NCBI GenBank assembly: GCA_040954595.2
Contig: CM082594.2
Span: 6,209,962-6,273,961, forward strand
Origin: Balanoglossus misakiensis
Taxonomy: Eukaryota > Animalia > Hemichordata
Reading direction: 5' to 3'
DNA length: 64,000 nt
Both the position numbers and the translations under genes were made by a program. Under the pieces are notes generated by a model. That model was not told where the DNA came from. It searched no databases and worked only from the letters and a program-made list of their open reading frames with translations. Shown here piece after piece: positions 38,691-64,000 of this stretch. Numbering within the stretch: the stretch's first letter is position 1; each line of letters starts with the position of its first letter.

Positions 38691-40761
38691 ATGCCGATTA
38701 TGTACAGCTGCGGCTGCTGCAGCCTCAAGGCGGGCAATATGATCTGCAGTATTCTGGTTTTGGTAAGTTATACCCTAGAAGTACCATTATAGATACGTGG
38801 TTATAGTATTTTATAGTCAGGGCAGTATCAGTCTCACATCATGCCAATGATAACGTCTGGCAGTAAAATGAATCCCTGAATTGCATTTGCCAGTGTGTAG
38901 CGAGGTCCGTGTCTCTGTCGACCAGCATAAGTCATTATCTGAATGGATTCAATTTGTCGTACCGATTTTGATACGGCAATCGCCACATTATATGTCTGCT
39001 ATTCACCGCAGAATTATAACATGTACGATTCGCCGCTCTTGCGGATCAATGTTGATCGAATAAGGCCATTCACGATCTCGTTCGCCTCAAAGCATTCGAT
39101 CGACGGTTCTATACGATCAACCCAGCAATACAATAGAATCCAGCTACTGGTGTTACGTACTTAAGCATTTATCTGGGTGGGGTCACTGGCACAAAACTCT
39201 CGGTCGTCTCGTCAGAAAGTGTTTTTCCTTATTATTCCCCCGAGTGTGGCTATTATAATTGATATTATGAGACGCTTGATGAATATATAGTATGATTAAT
39301 AGCGCCAAATTGCTGTTTATTACCCCCAGCTTGCCAGCGTGCGCCCGGTCTGTGCGTACGCTAATCACTCTCGCTGAACGGAATGTTTACGTTCGCCATT
39401 TTGAATATACAGCAACCTGTTGACAATGGGCGCTGACTGCATGGCTGGTTCACGTCAACAGTGACCCTCCCAAGCATGCACGCATGCAACATTTAATGTC
39501 TTAATTTACGGCTCACAATTAAAATCGTCATATCCGATCGATTTTAAATTTTATATTTCAATCGTCAACAGATTGAAATGGTGATAAATCTCATTGTATA
39601 CGTCTACGGGGCGCTGGAGCTGTTGATAGATAAACCGACTCTGAGCGAAAACGTATACATCGGTAAGTACATAATAGCTCCCTCTACGTTACAACCAGGA
39701 ATTTCGGATGCTAGCAGGCATGTACTGAACTGATTTTACAGACTTACAGCATTTTGCTTGCAATCAGGTGAACTTTTGGTCATCTATTGACGACATGCTT
39801 TCCTGTAAATCGTTATCATCCCTGCGTGTGACATATTCCACTTTCTGTAGTTCATTCTTAATTGCCGCCTTTTGTAGTCATTACTGATATGCAAGATTTT
39901 CTGTCTCTTCACAGGAATGGAAGTGGCGTTCTACATACTGATTGGGTTATTTGTAATCGTTATGATTTGTACCAGTCTGTACTTCTGCGGTGCCGTCAAG
40001 GTAATAGTCTTTTTATTTCCTCGTTGAAGCCAAAATAATTGGGACAGTTGGAACATGGGAAAGGCAATAAGACTATCCTAATCACAATGTCCATCGAAGT
40101 GTTGTCATTCACATGTATTTTTCACCTTTCAATTTTAGAACCACGCCGGTCTGTTGGTTGGTTGGATCGTTACTCTTGTGTTGTACATGATTCTCGAATT
40201 GGGCGGCATGGTGTACATATGCTACGTCTACCACACATACATGGGGGTAAGTACTGCGGCAAGTGCAAAAAGAAGAAATCTGAATAGTTCAATTCTGTGT
40301 ATGTTCAATTGGGAGGAAATAGAGAGATGAGGACCAGGCTAATGAATAGTCTATTTTACTTCCAGGGTTTAGACTACAGCATCTATTCACTGGCTCTGAT
40401 TATCTGGTATTTGGCGAGGACCTTTTTACACGTAAGTACAACAAATAATGCATCTCTGTGATTTCCATGCAGCCTGCAAGGCCTATACATGTACAAGTAT
40501 ATCCCCTTTCAGTTTTTTTTTTTTTAATCAAGACTACTTGATGTTTCAATATGCGAGAAGCAGGGGTGAAATCATCAGTTGACTGTGGCAAGATCAATGA
40601 GAGGTTCAACTGGGAAAATGGTCAATTTCAATTTTTTTAAATTTCAATTTTAGATCCTTTACCTTCTGTGTGCCGTGTCCCAGTATCAAGAGGTGTCCGC
40701 CAGAGAGAGGAAGATTCGGCGTCACCGATTGGTCGAGCGGGAAAGTGAGAGAAGAATGTGA
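38691..40761 (+). CDS. Four-transmembrane protein, array paralogue 6 (~176 aa, short tail)
   Basis: Exons 38691-38762 (MPIMYSCGCCSLKAGNMICSILVL), 39572-39662, 39915-40000, 40139-40246, 40366-40431 (..IWYLARTFLH), 40654-40761 (ILYLLCAVSQYQEVSAR..RRM*). Confidence 0.87.
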
Positions 40762-42453
40762 AGAACGCCAGCCAATGACATTTCTCAAAACTAAAATTGT
40801 GATGAGAGACTCGGTGAACTTAATCAAAACATGCCGTCTTTAAAAGACCGCGGTATTCAGTGTACCATACATTAACAATCACAGGTCAACAATTGTCACA
40901 GGTTGGCTGGAATAGCTTCAGCTAAACTGTGAGGTTAATTTAGTTACTACAGGAAGGATTTTCGGAAACTTGGGTACTGGCGAACACACACAAAACGCGC
41001 GCGAGCGAAGACATACACACACATCACACCCATTGTTCATCTGTTACTGGGGTGCCATTAGTTGCACCAGTTCCACAATCAGCCAAATCACAATGCATGA
41101 CTGGTGTTTTCAAGTTCTACTCAGGTACTCTGTGATGTCACATATCTGATATATAGCGCCAATATCTACACTTCTAGGTTAGGGACTTTATATAAATAAA
41201 ATGGTGGTAGAATACTTTGTACATATCCGAGGAAATTACGTCTACTCCAGGGTTGACCGAGGGTCGTCTCAGTATGTGTTTGTGGACGAAATGACGTCTC
41301 CGATATGATAAAGTTTATATCATAACAATCTCATCAATATTGTATTTATATATATACCCTCTTTTTATAACATTTTCATTTTCCGATGTAAGTGGAGTTT
41401 ACATTAAATAAATAACTTATCATTTTTATCTATTGTATACTTCTATCATACCTGAATCACATAGAGAATATGTTTCTCTTTGTGCTGGAATCTCAGACTT
41501 TTTCGTCATTCAGTACCTTCACTTCATCTGAAATTGTCCTCCTGGTATAGCATACCAAAATACCCGTGTAATTTTCGGCTCATCAACAAGTGACTGAGAA
41601 AGAGCGCCCTCAGTAACCACAAGAGACACAGCTTGAAGAGGCGGTGACGTCCAGGCTGTACAATGTTACATTCATACCCAACCACCAGCGAGACGAATCC
41701 AATTATGACATCTCCAATCGATCTATGTATGCACAGCAGTACCCTTTAAATTTTGTCCCCGAGTAATGAAAAAGATCCGCGCACTTGTGATCATTCTTGA
41801 TTAATATAAATTGTGGTTTTCTTGGAATATCAATTTCTACTTTCATTTGCCTTTGTCTCAGATATAAAGTGCACGTTTTATTAATTCATAGACCGGGAAA
41901 TTGGATTTATTAAGTCTGATTACACTGTACATAAAATATTGATTAGAGAGAAGAATTCACCCTCTCTCTCTCCCACCTCTCTCTCCCCCTATCTCTTCTC
42001 ATATTATAGAAATATTGAGGTTCAATCTTTTTTCTGATTCAATTTTAAATCACCTTCACCTCGTCAGATTTGATGAAATCAATACAGAAGGTCGTAGGTT
42101 TGAACTTTTGCCCTTAACGATGACTACATGTCAATAGAAGGCTTAACTTGCAAAATTTCTTCTTGGTATTGTGAAATACAGCTAGTACTTGACATTGCAC
42201 GACAATAAATACTCTTTGTACAAAAATGTTCACATGAAATATAATGGTTTTCGATACAAAAATAAATAGTCAAAGTTTCCACGTGGATAAAATGTCCAAT
42301 AAAAAGGCATGTTAAAACTCTTTATATTAATACTGTAAATAGCCGTAATCAGTTCTTGTGTTGGTCTCCAGAAACAAACGCGTCTCAAACGAGACGAAGT
42401 CTCAGCGAGATTTCATTTTAAAAACTTCCCACGACTGATTGTCGTCGTCCTCT

Positions 42454-63508
<21,055 letters not shown>

Positions 63509-64000
63509 ATCACCACCGTTTTCATCAGCAGACTTCAAACATCTCGGAATCTTGACAGATGACTCTATTTGGTTTTACGGCTGCCGGTTCAGAACTTCCC
63601 TTTTATTGTGTTGACTTTAGTCTATAATTCCCTCACAAAGCACCTGCATCTAACGGAAAGGCAGGCGTTTGTACTGTACCCTGAAAGTGGAGGAAAAAAC
63701 CATAAGAACATGGACTATCAGTAAATAATGTAATCGGTGTTCGGGGCCAAAGCCCCAGAGAATCTATCTACATGTATATAGTATACACTGTAGGCCAGCT
63801 TACCGTAACACGGTGTAAAACTGATGGCGATTCTTCACAAGCTAAATGCCGTCGAATAGGCAACAAGGCAACTTACAGAGAATTCTGCCGTCAGCGTCCC
63901 TGTTCTGAGCTTGAAAACCCGGGTAATAAAATGCAGATAGCGTGACATCAATCCTAGCTTTCTTATAATGACCAAATTACGCGAATTACGAGCGACCACG

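Overview
This is intron-rich animal genomic DNA, probably from a marine invertebrate; the species cannot be determined from the sequence. Most entries in the ORF track are exon read-throughs or microsatellite noise, so I rebuilt the genes by hand from GT-AG exons and reading-frame continuity. (1) An ARSB/ARSI/ARSJ-like arylsulfatase on + (14 exons, 566-5919), with its first exon outside the window. (2) A head-to-tail array of six divergent four-transmembrane paralogues on + (6859-40761). They share intron phases, near-identical exon lengths and an invariant intramembrane acidic residue, but have unrelated cytosolic tails. From memory they resemble the TMEM217 / Pasiflora / LAPTM4-DUF4728 group; the ORF track shows almost none of their transmembrane core. 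(3) A complete 21-coding-exon receptor guanylyl cyclase (NPR1-like, ~1069 aa) on - (42454-63508), convergent with the array. Other observations: a decayed DNA-level copy of cyclase exon 3 inside an arylsulfatase intron 53 kb away, alternative tail exons in the array, a MITE-like element with a perfect 64-bp palindrome, two duplicated splice donors, and a VAIK-to-VAIE change in the pseudokinase domain.
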